A stretch of 64,000 nt of DNA from Lingula anatina (Eukaryota > Animalia > Brachiopoda). A program made the position numbers and the translations under genes. The stretch lies in assembly GCA_051362555.1 (NCBI GenBank), contig CM120646.1:1550001-1614000 (forward strand). The letters are read 5' to 3'. Positions 13,781-29,491 of this stretch are shown in pieces. Under the pieces are notes generated by a model. The model searched no databases. It was not told where the DNA came from and saw only the letters and a list, made by a program, of their open reading frames with translations. Each line of letters opens with the position of its first letter. Within the stretch, counting starts at the first letter, position 1.

Positions 13781-14543
13781 ATGACAGGTACTGTACTAGT
13801 ATGTATAGACAGTAGAACAATGTAAACTAATATTAGATAATTACATTTATAATAGTGTCCTAGCTGCTTTACCACTTAGCAGTCATTGAGTAACAATATC
13901 TACAGACATCAGTCAGGTGTATGCCTACATCCAGGATGGATGAATGCTATAACGGCATGAAAGTTTTTCAGCTTGTGTTTTATAATTATCATATATGAAC
14001 CAACTGCCAAGCTGATATTTGCTCATTAACAATAGAAATGTTTGGATCTCATATTGTGACTATAAGTTAAAAGATACTTTCAGAATTATTTCAAAAAGCA
14101 GGGCATGTGCATCTTCCTTGAAGGATTGTAGAATTTCATGATTTTTTACCTTGAAATATATTATGAGACTTAGTCAATGAACTAATATTCACTACCTTGT
14201 CATAAATGATACATAAACTACCATGGTGTTATAGGACAGTATTTCATCAGTTTACCAACTCTTTTTTAAGCCCCTGTCGCTAACGATGTAACCAGCTTTC
14301 TAGACAAAGTTCACCAGTTAATGATTAAAGAATGCCTTGAGAAAGGAAAGTCTAGAGATGGGAAAGTGGTGGAGTTCCTACAGCCTGAGGAGCTACAGGT
14401 ACTTCCTTCCTTCCTTCCCTCCTTTTTTTATTTCTCTCAGTTCATGTTCTTACATCTTTAAAATTATTTTGCAATTGCTTTCCTTCTTTTCTTCTTTGTC
14501 TTTCCTTCTTTCTTTCCTTCTGTCTTTCCTTCTTTAATTCTTT

Positions 14544-14574
<31 letters not shown>

Positions 14575-17500
14575 ATTCATGTTTATATTTAATCTTTTTA
14601 AATTTCTTTCTTTCTTGATTATAAAATGGAAGTTGTTTTGTTTTCTTAAAGAAAGAGATGCAGTTTCCAGTCGGAGATAATCCAGAGAGCCATGACAAGC
14701 TGCTGGAGCTGTGTGAAAAGGCTGTGAGATATAGTGTCAAAACTGGTGAATAAATATATTTATATTTACTAACATTGCATGGGTCAGGGATGCACATTTT
14801 AAAAGCAGACAGTGAGATTATCGTCAAGGTCATTGAATTTGTCAAAAGAGCATACAAATTGTGCTTGTTGGCTTTGATAATCTGTTTCAATTTATATGTG
14901 TGCGTGTGCACTGGATCATTTTATCTCATAATCATTTGTATAATCAACAGAGGGCACTTTTTGGATATTTTGGTATGGATCTTTCCATGACATATTTTCC
15001 TCCATCTTATCTCATACTTTTTCAAAAAGGTTTTCACCTCTCCACCTGGAAATCACAACACAAATCAACCTTAGCTGATTTTAGAGTTCTCAGAGTAATT
15101 AAAAAAAAAAAATAAACTGAGGTGGTAGACATTTTAAATAAGAAATAAAATATGACATGGTTATAGTAGGGAAAGCTGGAATCTATGAAATGGTCTCTGT
15201 TAGAAAGTGGGTATGATTTTTGCATGTCGCCTTTTCCACTGTAGGCCACCCCAGGTTCTTCAACCAGCTGTATGCTGGCGTGGACCCCTACTCCTTAGCT
15301 GGCTCATGGATAACTGATGCCTTGAATACTAACAGGTACAAGGGGAGTTTGACTCTATTGGTTTGCACTATATTTCATTTTGTTATTATTGGTATGAGTA
15401 TTGGTAGTAGTGGTGGTGGTTGCAGGCAGTAGTAGTAGTGATAGTAGTAGTAGTTACTGGTAGTAGTAGTAGTAGCAGTGCTGTATACGTACATAGTAGT
15501 AGTGGTATTGGTAGTAGCATATACATTATTATTTGATAAAATGTGAACTGTTTCATTAATCTCCGTGTGCTGCCTTTCTCTTTTAAAGTCATTTGATCCC
15601 AAGGAAGGTTACTTATGGTTTAATGTTTGAATTTGAGCCATGAAATGAAGTGCTGTCAAAGGTATTAAGCAGTAACAGGATATGATATTTTTAGTATTTA
15701 AATTTCTTTTTGATTTATATATTGATTTAAGTGTGTTTTTAACTTGCATATATGGAGTTGTACACCAAAATGTTTTATTCATGTAATTTTTTTTTTTTTT
15801 TTTTTGTGTGATTTTATGTATATATTTATTCTTTAGTCACACCTATGAAGTAGCACCTGTCTTTCTACTGGCGGAACACTACCTCGTTCAGAAGATGTGT
15901 GGTATTGTGGGATACAAAGATGGCGATGGTTTATTCAATCCTGGTAAGACACATGTTGCTGGGTCATGAAGTTTTTAATCCTCTTTGTTAACTTCTTCAC
16001 TTAAATCTTGCTAAAGAAGAAAGAAGAATGTTCTCTTGTTGACTTTTATAGGAAGGGCTAATATATATCAGTTATAAACTTTGACTAAATGAATAAATTA
16101 GTTCAACTTATATTTTATGAGATTCAATGCAGGGGCGGATTTAGGCCGTCTTCTGGGTCTTCTGGAAGACGGTCAGATTTTCAAGTTTACATTGTCAGCC
16201 ATCTAATGTTTTCTGTCGGAAGACGGTCAAAAATGGAAGATGGATCAACAAAGATAATTTGGAAGACTGTCAGAAAATATCTCTGGATCCGCCCCTGCAA
16301 TGCATGAAACTTTATTATTATTCAATTAGTTTTAAAATAAAGTCCATATACCTGCAATTCTTGGGGATAACATTCTGTGTGTTTTTATTTATTCAATTTT
16401 TCATTTGTTTTATATGTACATTATTTGTTGTATTCAGGTGGCACCTTTTCCAACTTGACAGCCGTTCACGTGGCCAGGTATCAGTACAACAAGCAGGTCA
16501 AGAAGACTGGTCTCTTTGGGATGCCACGGATGATTCTCTTTGCCTCTGATCAGGTGAGACAACAATGTTTTAGATATGTATGAGTGTGTTAGATGTGACA
16601 GTGTGTTAGGTGTGACAGTGTGTTAGATGTGACAGTGTGTTAGGTGTGACAGAGTGTTAGGTGTGACAGTGTGTTAGCTGTGACAGTGTTAGGTGTGACA
16701 GTGTGTTAGATGTGACAGTGTGTTAGGTGTGACAGTGTGTTAGCTGTGACAGTGTGGTAGATGTAATAGTGTGTTACATGTTTCTATGATATGTGGGGCA
16801 GTGTGAGGCCGTAGAAATGTGTTTGCTGTAACAGTGTGGTAGATGTGACACAGTGTTCGTTGTGTCAGTGTTTTAATTTAGTAGTGTGTTAGCTATGAAA
16901 GTGTATTAGAAGTTGCAGTGTTGAGTGATTTGATCCATGTACTTCTATTTACTGTACAATTAAGATCATGTCATTTAGCAGTATAAAACTCATTGTTTAA
17001 TTCCCCAAGGCTCACTATTCCATCTCTACTGCGGCCTCCTTCCTGGGTTTTGGTTTAGACAGCGTTGTCATGGTGAAGACTGATGAGAGAGGGTGCATGG
17101 ACCCTCAGGATTTCCAGAACAAGATACAAGAAACCAAAGCAAAGGTCAGGCAAAGTAATTAAATTCATAATTTAGCTCTTTTATCATATGTAAAGGTTAT
17201 TGACCCCATGTTTTGTGTTGTGTGTACAGGTGTGCCTCCATGTTTGTGTGTTTGTAACAAACAAATTGTATTATCTAAGAATTGCACAATATATTCCTTG
17301 CTTTTGTTAAGGGCTTGTTATCTGTTGTTAACTTTTAGTTTTGGATATTTTAACAAATATTTATTAAAGATTTTTTATTAATTTGATAGTGCCCAGCTGA
17401 GTTCCCATCCTGAAAAAATCTCTACTCTCTATATATATAGTAGAGATTTTATATTAACCAGGATATTATTTTTGCTCCAGGGTGATATTCCATTCTTTGT

Positions 17501-17618
17501 TCAAGCCACAGCGGGCTCCACTGTCCTGGGCAGTTTTGATGACCTGAACGCTATCAGCGCCATCTGTCAGGAACATGGTGTGTGGCTCCACCTGGATGTG
17601 AGTTGTCTTTTCCTTTCT

Positions 17619-17658
<40 letters not shown>

Positions 17659-19354
17659 TATCATGAGGGGTGTTGATTATTTGCATTTTGAATTTGATAT
17701 TTTATGAATGATTAATTTAAGTGATCAAATGATAAGTGTATTATGAACTCTTTAAGAAGATCATCACATGATATGTAGCTTGCTTTTTTCCCCTTTGTTT
17801 TATAAAATATTAAATTAGTTTAAAAAAAGTTAATTGATAATTGATTTATCAAATAATAAGTGTTTATTTATTTAGGCTGCTTGGGGAGGTGGAGTTCTTT
17901 TGTCAAAGACATATAAACATTTAATGTCTGGTGTAGAAAAGTAAGCTTTCATTTTTTTCTCACATTCACTTCTTCCTACAAGTATGACCTTAATGTACAT
18001 GTTTCCATACCTGTTTATTATAAAAAAAAAAGTAGACAGTAATATCAAGTTGATAATAACAACTAAAAAATTTCTTAAAGTTCTGAATTAATTTTGGAGA
18101 TAAAACTCGCATATGTAGTGTATAAATTTCAGTGATGGCAATTGCTTCAATTCAAGTCTTAAGATTTCTTATTAAAGCATATGAATATTATTTTCTGTAA
18201 CAGTTGTTTTAAGCATATATTTTACATAATGTTCTAGGTGTGACTCAGTTGCTTGGAACCCTCACAAAATGATGGGTGCTAATTTACAGTGTTCAGTTTT
18301 ACTTACAAAACAAAAGGTATGTTGTATATTGGTTTCAAAGCCTTTTAATGACTTTATTTAGTCTGAGGAATATGTTATGTGATATCACTGGACCAGTATT
18401 TTGTTAAGATACACGGTAAGTGTTAAACATAAGCAAAAGTGTAACTATCCTAGAGATTTCAGCATGCCCCCATTACTAAAAAGGCATACCATGTAAAAGT
18501 TTCCGAGCTCTATGTTTCTACCAGAAAAGAATTTCATCTTAGTTGCACAATAAAATAAAACTTTACAGTGATTTTTTTTAAAGGAGCAAGCACAATGGAA
18601 TTTTTTGTTTTCCTCCAATATTCAGATGTCTTCATGAGAAAACCTGCCTCTTTCTAAGGCAGGAAGGGGGAGGGGTAAAGAAGGGTTTCCTTGGATTTTC
18701 ACCTAGATAAGCTCATTCAAGGATGAAGACCCTCCAGATAGACATAATTTAGTACATTTTATATATCTTTTTATTTAAGGGTCTTCTTCTGGAGTCCAAT
18801 GCTAACAGAGCAGAGTATTTGTTCCAACCAGATAAGTTCTATGATACTTCCTATGATGCAGGTATGGACTGGCATTGACAGGAAAAAATATTTCATTTTC
18901 CTTCAATTTAATACATATGTCTTGTTGGATACAATGCATAATATAGATGGAAAAATAAAAAGGTTTTTATAAACTTTAAAAACATTTTCTCAGATTGCTA
19001 ATGTTTAACACTGTCATCTGTGCCACATGTGGCCATGAATCATACAATGTTTATTATGTTTACATTTATTGAATTGCATGAGTTTTTACATAATGTACAT
19101 ACTGTATGGAGCACTCGTATGGATGCAACAATCACACACACATACACATACACACACACACATACACACACACACACACACTGTATTAATGTCAATACCA
19201 CCTGTACAATGTTTGTATTATAGGAGACAAGAGTATTCAGTGTGGCAGAAGAGCAGATGCATTCAAGCTGTGGTTGATGTGGAAAGCTAAGGGAGACAAG
19301 GCCTTTGAGAATGAAGTAGACAAAGCATATGAGAACTCTAAGTTAGTGCTCTTT

Positions 19355-19392
<38 letters not shown>

Positions 19393-20939
19393 TAGATTCA
19401 TTTACAATAGTTCATTTGATAAAATTTTCATGCATTTTTTTAGTGGAAAAATTGCTTATTTAAGTCATGCTGTATTCTTCTCAGAATCAGAATCTAAGGA
19501 ATAACAAAAATTACAATTAAAAGGTTTTAAACTAGTTGGAACATATGTCAGCTTTAGTTTTTTTTTTTTTTAAATGCCTTGTCAGTGATGTTTAAAGTGA
19601 TGACGCAGAAGTTTAACAACTGTATATATTCTGTATTTACGCAGACTTTTCATCAAGAAATTGAAGCGGAGAGAAGGATTCCGCTTGGTTCTGGAAAATG
19701 TAAATATCACTTGTTATAATGCAATGATGGTTTTATAAACCTTTGCTGTCCTAGTCAAATAGTTTTGTTGGAATTATGACCATGAGCAATTGAAATACTT
19801 CCTAGTGATTCTTCATGGATGTCTTTTAAGATATTGATTAAAATATTGAAGTTTTATTTTTACGTCCATAATAAGCTTTTTAATTCTGTGATTATTCACT
19901 GTAGTCCTTGTCAATATAATGCAGTGCGAAAGAGCAAACGTAAGTGTAATAACCACCTCCATTTTACAATTCTTGTGGAGTATGATAGAAATACACTGAA
20001 AAAATTGATTATTTTCTTGTTTTTTCCCCAGCCTCAGTGTACCAATGTGTCATTCTGGTACATCCCTCCCAGTATGAGAGGACAAACTGAGGACGAAGAG
20101 TGGTGGAAGCGACTCGGTCAGGTAAAAAATACATCCTCAATATGTACAGGGATAAGATTTTTATAACTATCAGCAGATTCACTCTATATGGAACCCAAAA
20201 ATATGATTGGCCTGGGAGGCCCCCTGGACCCCATGCCGCTTATCACAAATTTTTCCTCTAAATGGCTGTCTCATCCCTGTGTATAGTGTAGAATACCATG
20301 TTATGTGCTAGATCACCCTTAAAATGATATAATTGTGTACAGTACCAGGACCGTAGCCAGCAATTTCAAAAGGGGGGTTCTTTTTCTGAAAAAGTGGACC
20401 TTTTCCCATAAAAACTCCATGTACCTAGTTCAAATTTAACCCAGAGTGGGCCTTTCCCAGCAAAAGGGGCGGTTCTTTCGAACCCCCCGAACCCCCCCTG
20501 GCTACGGGCCTGAGTACAGTTCTATATATGCCTGCATGTCCAGTTTCTTGGTCTTTTATTGGTGGCATTCAGAAGAATTGACTAACTAGTCCGCGGGTCA
20601 AATATGGCGACCCACTAAAAGGCTTGCTTTCTAATCCGCTAATAGAGACTAAATAAATTCCCTGTGGGGAAGTATTCAAGTGGCCATGTTTGACCCTCTG
20701 TCCAGTAAGTCCACTGTTCTGAGTGAGGCCATTGAGATTTTTTTTTCCCTATGTATTAACAGGTAGCACCCAAGATAAAGGAGAGGATGACCAAAGCAGG
20801 GAACATGTTGATTGGCTTTCAGCCAGTTACCAATAAAGGATGGGTCAATTTCTTCCGTATCATCTTTCGAAACCCCGTTAACGAGCAGGACCTGGATTTC
20901 GTCATTGAGGAATTTGAGCGCCTTGGTGGAGACCTGTAA
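13781..20939 (+). CDS. CSAD: Cysteine sulfinic acid decarboxylase / GADL1-like group II PLP-dependent decarboxylase (15 coding exons, ~486 aa)
   Basis: Phase-consistent GT-AG exons: 13781-13787, 14271-14398, 14652-14745, 15245-15335, 15837-15943, 16438-16553, 17010-17144, 17481-17597, 17876-17940, 18238-18316, 18780-18861, 19224-19341, 19645-19699, 20032-20121, 20763-20939 (1461 nt). Family motifs: [60 protein letters not shown] (PLP lysine), [23 protein letters not shown]-terminal ERLGGDL*. CSAD versus GADL1 orthology is not resolved; the start may lie upstream (13203). Confidence 0.92.
15403..15520. repeat. Degenerate (TAG)n microsatellite
   Basis: Direct reading; intronic. Confidence 0.85.
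16130..16297 (+). mobile_element. MITE family D, intronic in the decarboxylase
   Basis: TIR CAGGGGCGGAT / ATCCGCCCCTG; 5-bp TSD CAATG. Confidence 0.88.
16583..16780. repeat. 17-bp minisatellite (GTGTGTTAGRTGTGACA)n, ~11 copies, decaying toward ~16920
   Basis: Directly visible tandem units in the intron after the exon ending at 16553. Confidence 0.9.
20147..20279. mobile_element. Short MITE with CAGGGATRAGA TIR
   Basis: CAGGGATAAGA ... TCTCATCCCTG flanked by TGTA on both sides. Confidence 0.55.
20346..20512 (+). mobile_element. MITE family E, 5-bp TSD
   Basis: TIR CAGGACCGTAGCCAG / CTGGCTACGGGCCTG; TSD AGTAC; a near-identical inverted copy lies at 51688-51853. Confidence 0.9.
20561..20730. 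mobile_element. MITE family B-related copy
   Basis: GACTAACTAGTCCGCGGGTCAAATATGGC ... GGCCATGTTTGACCC..TCCAGTAAGTC inverted arms; ATT on both flanks. Confidence 0.7.
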
Positions 20940-21680
20940 CAAGTAGAATTTAGATACAGCTGTGATTGATATTCAGCCCTACTTGATTTGCAGTTACCCA
21001 GTATTTCTCATTCAGTGTAGTTGGCCATGCATACTTGTAAGACATAAAAAAATGAAGTGTGCCATAACTACTCTTTTTATCTAATATAGAAACAAAACTT
21101 AACATGTTTCCCAGCTTTATTAATTTAGTATTACAGATGCTGTATATTTAATTGTTTCAGTGTTTTTTTGTTTATGCTGAGGAAAGTTTGTGAAGTAGTC
21201 TCTGTAAGCATCTGTTATGTGATTTGAAAATGATGTCCATGTTTATTAAGATTATACGCAGTTAAAAGTTAGCAGAGAATTATATTTTGCCTTTATTGCT
21301 TACCATCCTTGAATAAATAAGGTGTCTGTTAATTATTTTTATACCAAATGTGAAATCTGTTGCCATTTTATTTTACTTATAAATTCTTTTTTGTTGAGTG
21401 TAATTTGCAAGGAATATTTCATTTATCTTGTGCAGTTTTAAACTGAGTAAAGTTTATGAAATTGGTTATTTATTAATTTTATAAAGTATTATTATTGAGT
21501 GCCATATTTGATTTTTATTTCCAACTATTTTGTAATGGTTATAAAAAGTATGCAAACAAGTTACCAGCTGCTACTTATTTCATTTACATGGAGGTTACTA
21601 ATAATGTTGTTATTAAGTTTTTTGTTTGAACTTCCATTATGGTTATCAGCATTATCTATTGCAGTTAATTAGTATTTTTT

Positions 21681-23497
21681 TATGTACAGACACAGATGTG
21701 TCTGTACATATTGCCATCACCTGCGTCTGTCGTCGCCGTCGCCGTCGCCGTCGCCGATCATGTCGCCGTGCACTTCCAGCGTTAACACCATAAGTGGAAG
21801 ACAGTTTTACTTTTTGGCTTTATATTTACAGAGCTGATGAATATTCATAAAACGCAGGTCAAGTTCGAAAATCAGCATGATCGGGCCATTATTGTAGAAT
21901 TTATGCTGTTTTTTCACTTTTCAGCATATATGCAACACTGTTAACACATTTCAAGGAAAACTGATAGGCCTGTTGTCATGAAACTCACAGGAGTAATCAA
22001 TCTTACTAAAACGCAGATCAAGTTCGAAAATCTGCATGATCGGGCCACTATTTTAGTAGTTATGCTGTTTTTTCGCTTTTCAGCATATATGCAACACTGT
22101 TAACACATTTCAAGTAAAACCCATAGGCCTGTTGTCATGAAACTCACAGGAGTAATCAATCTTACTAAAACGCAGGTTGAGTTCGAAAATCAGCATAATC
22201 GGACCATTATTTTATAAGTTATGCTGTTTTTTCACATTTCCTCAGATTCAATTCTTAGGCATGTTAACAGTCTCATTATTTAATTAATAAGATATGTAAA
22301 AGTGTTTGTTTGACATTTCCTGCATCTTTACAAAATTGTTAGTTGATTACGTAAAAATGATGGTAAACTTGTAATCGTGTATTGTGTAATAAAGTTTCAA
22401 AAATGGAAATAAACTCATATCATTGCAGTTTGTAAGATTCAATCATTCACTGTGTTCAGAAACTCAGAATGGAGGAAATTGGACATTTGGCACTGTTCTA
22501 TTGATATTTTTCACATCTCATCAATTTTCTTAGTTGATCATATAAAAATGGCAGTAAACTGTTAATTTTGTTTTATGTTAAAAAAGTGTTAAAATGGAAA
22601 TAAACCCATTTCAGAACAGTGCTGTCTCGTTTACATTTTGGCATTTTCAAGTTGTGACTTTGAAGTTCCATTGGCCTGAAGACCTTTGCCAGTCACATTT
22701 TCTGAATATCCATAATACTAATATTTTATTATTAAAAATTGATGGTCATTATGCTGTTAAACGTTATGTAATATTGCATCAAAATTTGGAAAAAAATATT
22801 TTGGGCACTGCTCCCATGATGACCATTTAAGAAAAATCATGTCATTTTCTGTTCTCAAACTTACAGGAAAGAAACAGGGGACTAAAATACAGCTTCAGTA
22901 GGCAATGCAGTCTGTTTGGTAATTCTTTCTGCTAGTTAAACAGTTTTTATTTTTTGTGAAAATTTAATTTTTCACATATTGGCATTTTCAAGGTGTGACT
23001 TTGAAGTTCCATGGGCTTGAAGACCCATGCTAGTCACATTTTCTGAAAATCCATGATACGTATATTTTATTATTAAAAATTGACGGTCATTATGCTGTTA
23101 ACCATTATGTAATATTGCATCAGAATAGAAGAAAACACAATTTTGGGTGCTGCTGCCATGATGACCATTATGGGAAAACCATGTTACTGATGATTGCCAA
23201 ACGTTCAAAAAAGAAATACAGGACTAAAATGCAGCCTGAGTTGGAAAAGCAGTCTAATTGGCTTCTTTTTCTGGAAGTTATACATTTTCAAAGTGTGAAC
23301 TTGAACTGCCATGGGCCTGAAGCCTTATGCTTGTTACACATTTTACTTACATTGGTATTACCTGTTGAGCATAATTAAAATTTGATGTTGAATTTGCAGT
23401 TTAACATAATGTACTTTTGCATCAGAATTGAGCCTATTTTATGCATAGTTATTTCCTGCTTTTTGTCTGTACATTTGACAGCTTTGCTGCCTTGTTT
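21681..23497 (+). mobile_element. Non-autonomous Helentron-associated element (HINE/DINE-1/pearl-like) with internal tandem arrays
   Basis: T-run, 5' subTIR TATGTACAGACAC with adjacent inverted copy GTGTCTGTACATA, (GTCGCC)n microsatellite, 159-bp repeats (anchors 21848/22007/22166), further ~190-bp and ~340-bp repeats, 3' subTIR GTCTGTACAT (23465-23474), short hairpin CAGC-TTT-GCTG, then TTT. Confidence 0.85.
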
Positions 23498-23988
23498 AAT
23501 GCTCAGTGGTCAAGTGTACAAAGTACTGTACAGGGCAATTACAGAGAAAAAAGGAACATACAATCATGAACTGAAGGACTGGGTCATATGATCCAGTCTT
23601 TTATGATAATTTTTTAGAATCATACTTGTGGAAATCTATGCAATGACTGATCATGAATTACTACACATGGAAAGTAAATTAAACCCATGGTCATTATTTA
23701 TACAATAAATATGGGAAATAAAATGAAAAGAATTGAAATGATTTGACATTCTTTTTCATAATAATTGTAACTTGCTTATATGCCAGTACTATTGAAAAAG
23801 TAACAGTACTTTTAATTCAGCTAGCTCAAGTGATTTTTTTGTAAGTTCAAACAAAATTGATTAAAATAGTACAGGAGACGAAATGCTAAACGCATCAGAC
23901 ACCAAACCCACCCAATGCCCTCCAAATGTCGGATTGTCTTGTCTTGCTAGTCGCCATCTGTCGGGAGGAAATAACCTGCTGAACGTAA

Positions 23989-28253
<4,265 letters not shown>

Positions 28254-28289
28254 CAGAAATCTGCCTTTGATCAAACAGAATACAGTGAT

Positions 28290-28545
28290 GGTTGATAAAA
28301 AACTGAAACTATATTCACTGGATTAAAATGTGAAATGATAAAAGGAACAGTGACAATTTACATATTTAATGCCCTCTGATGAAACATATAATATTATAAC
28401 TTATGCATTAATTTTGTATGAAGAAACAATTGATAGAAAACTGAAATCATATTCATTGTACTAAAATTTAAAATGAAAACAGGAACAATGACATCTGATG
28501 AAACATATAATATGACTTACGTATTAATTTTGTATAAAGGAACAG
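28290..28545. repeat. ~140-bp imperfect tandem duplication downstream of the PECR stop
   Basis: TTGATA.AAAACTGAAA..ATATTCA.TG..TAAAAT...AGGAACA.TGACA...CTGATGAAACATATAAT occurs at ~28292 and ~28430. Confidence 0.7.
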
Positions 28546-29491
28546 TATGAATATACCTATTGGTTTTTCCAGAATTTTTTTTTCGATCATTTTATCATCA
28601 GTTTGGTGATGCTACTGGTGATGTGTTATACTAGACTATCGCTTGAGATACGCAGCCTTATAAGTTGTTCAAGTCATTAAAGTAGTTTTCTCTGTGGGCC
28701 CCGATGGATAGACTCATGTAATTTACTTTACAATAGACCGGTTTCAGCATCGGACCAAGATTATTTTCAGTCGCATATCTTTAAATTCAATTATAATGAA
28801 CCAATAAAGATATTATTGCAGCTATTTCATGGACTGTGAAGAACTCTTTGGATAGTGTTTATGCGTTGGTGTGAGACAGAAGTGAGAAAATGATACAAAA
28901 TTTACACCTTTTTATTGCAGATAAAAAACGCTATCGTAAAGCAGATAAACGCTATCGTACGATTTATAACATATGCACCCTGCAACAGAAGACATTTTGT
29001 ACTCACTAGTGGCACGACGACAAATGATCCAGCAGTTGAAAGTTACACCAATCCTCCACTTGTAGTCAAATAACGTGATGTAAAATTTAAGAGGACTATT
29101 TCAAAACTTGTTTTATTGTGCAACACATATAAGTATCTTATCCATTTTGTTTCTTAAATGTGCATATTTAGCAAGCACGTATGTGAAATCATTGTAACTT
29201 AACTCGTCCAAATGCCCTCACTTAACGAAACACCTCATAATTTAAAGAAACACCTCATAATTTTGTTACATTGTTTCCCGAAAAATGATAATTAGCACAG
29301 ATATTTTCTGCTATGACGATGTGTAGGCTCGCGATGAAGTTGATTTTTGGCGGAAAGAAAGCAATCGGACATTGTTTAATTGAAGGGTGTTGCGCGTCTC
29401 TTTTGTTTATGACCTCCAAACGGTGAATCCAAGCGTCCAAATCACCAACAAACATTTTGGAACGATTGCTACTGAAAATCCAGGTCAACGT

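Noticed and set aside
16583-16780. Regular short repeats as a CRISPR-like array
   Set aside because: Head-to-tail 17-bp units with no unique spacers, inside a eukaryotic intron; this is a minisatellite.
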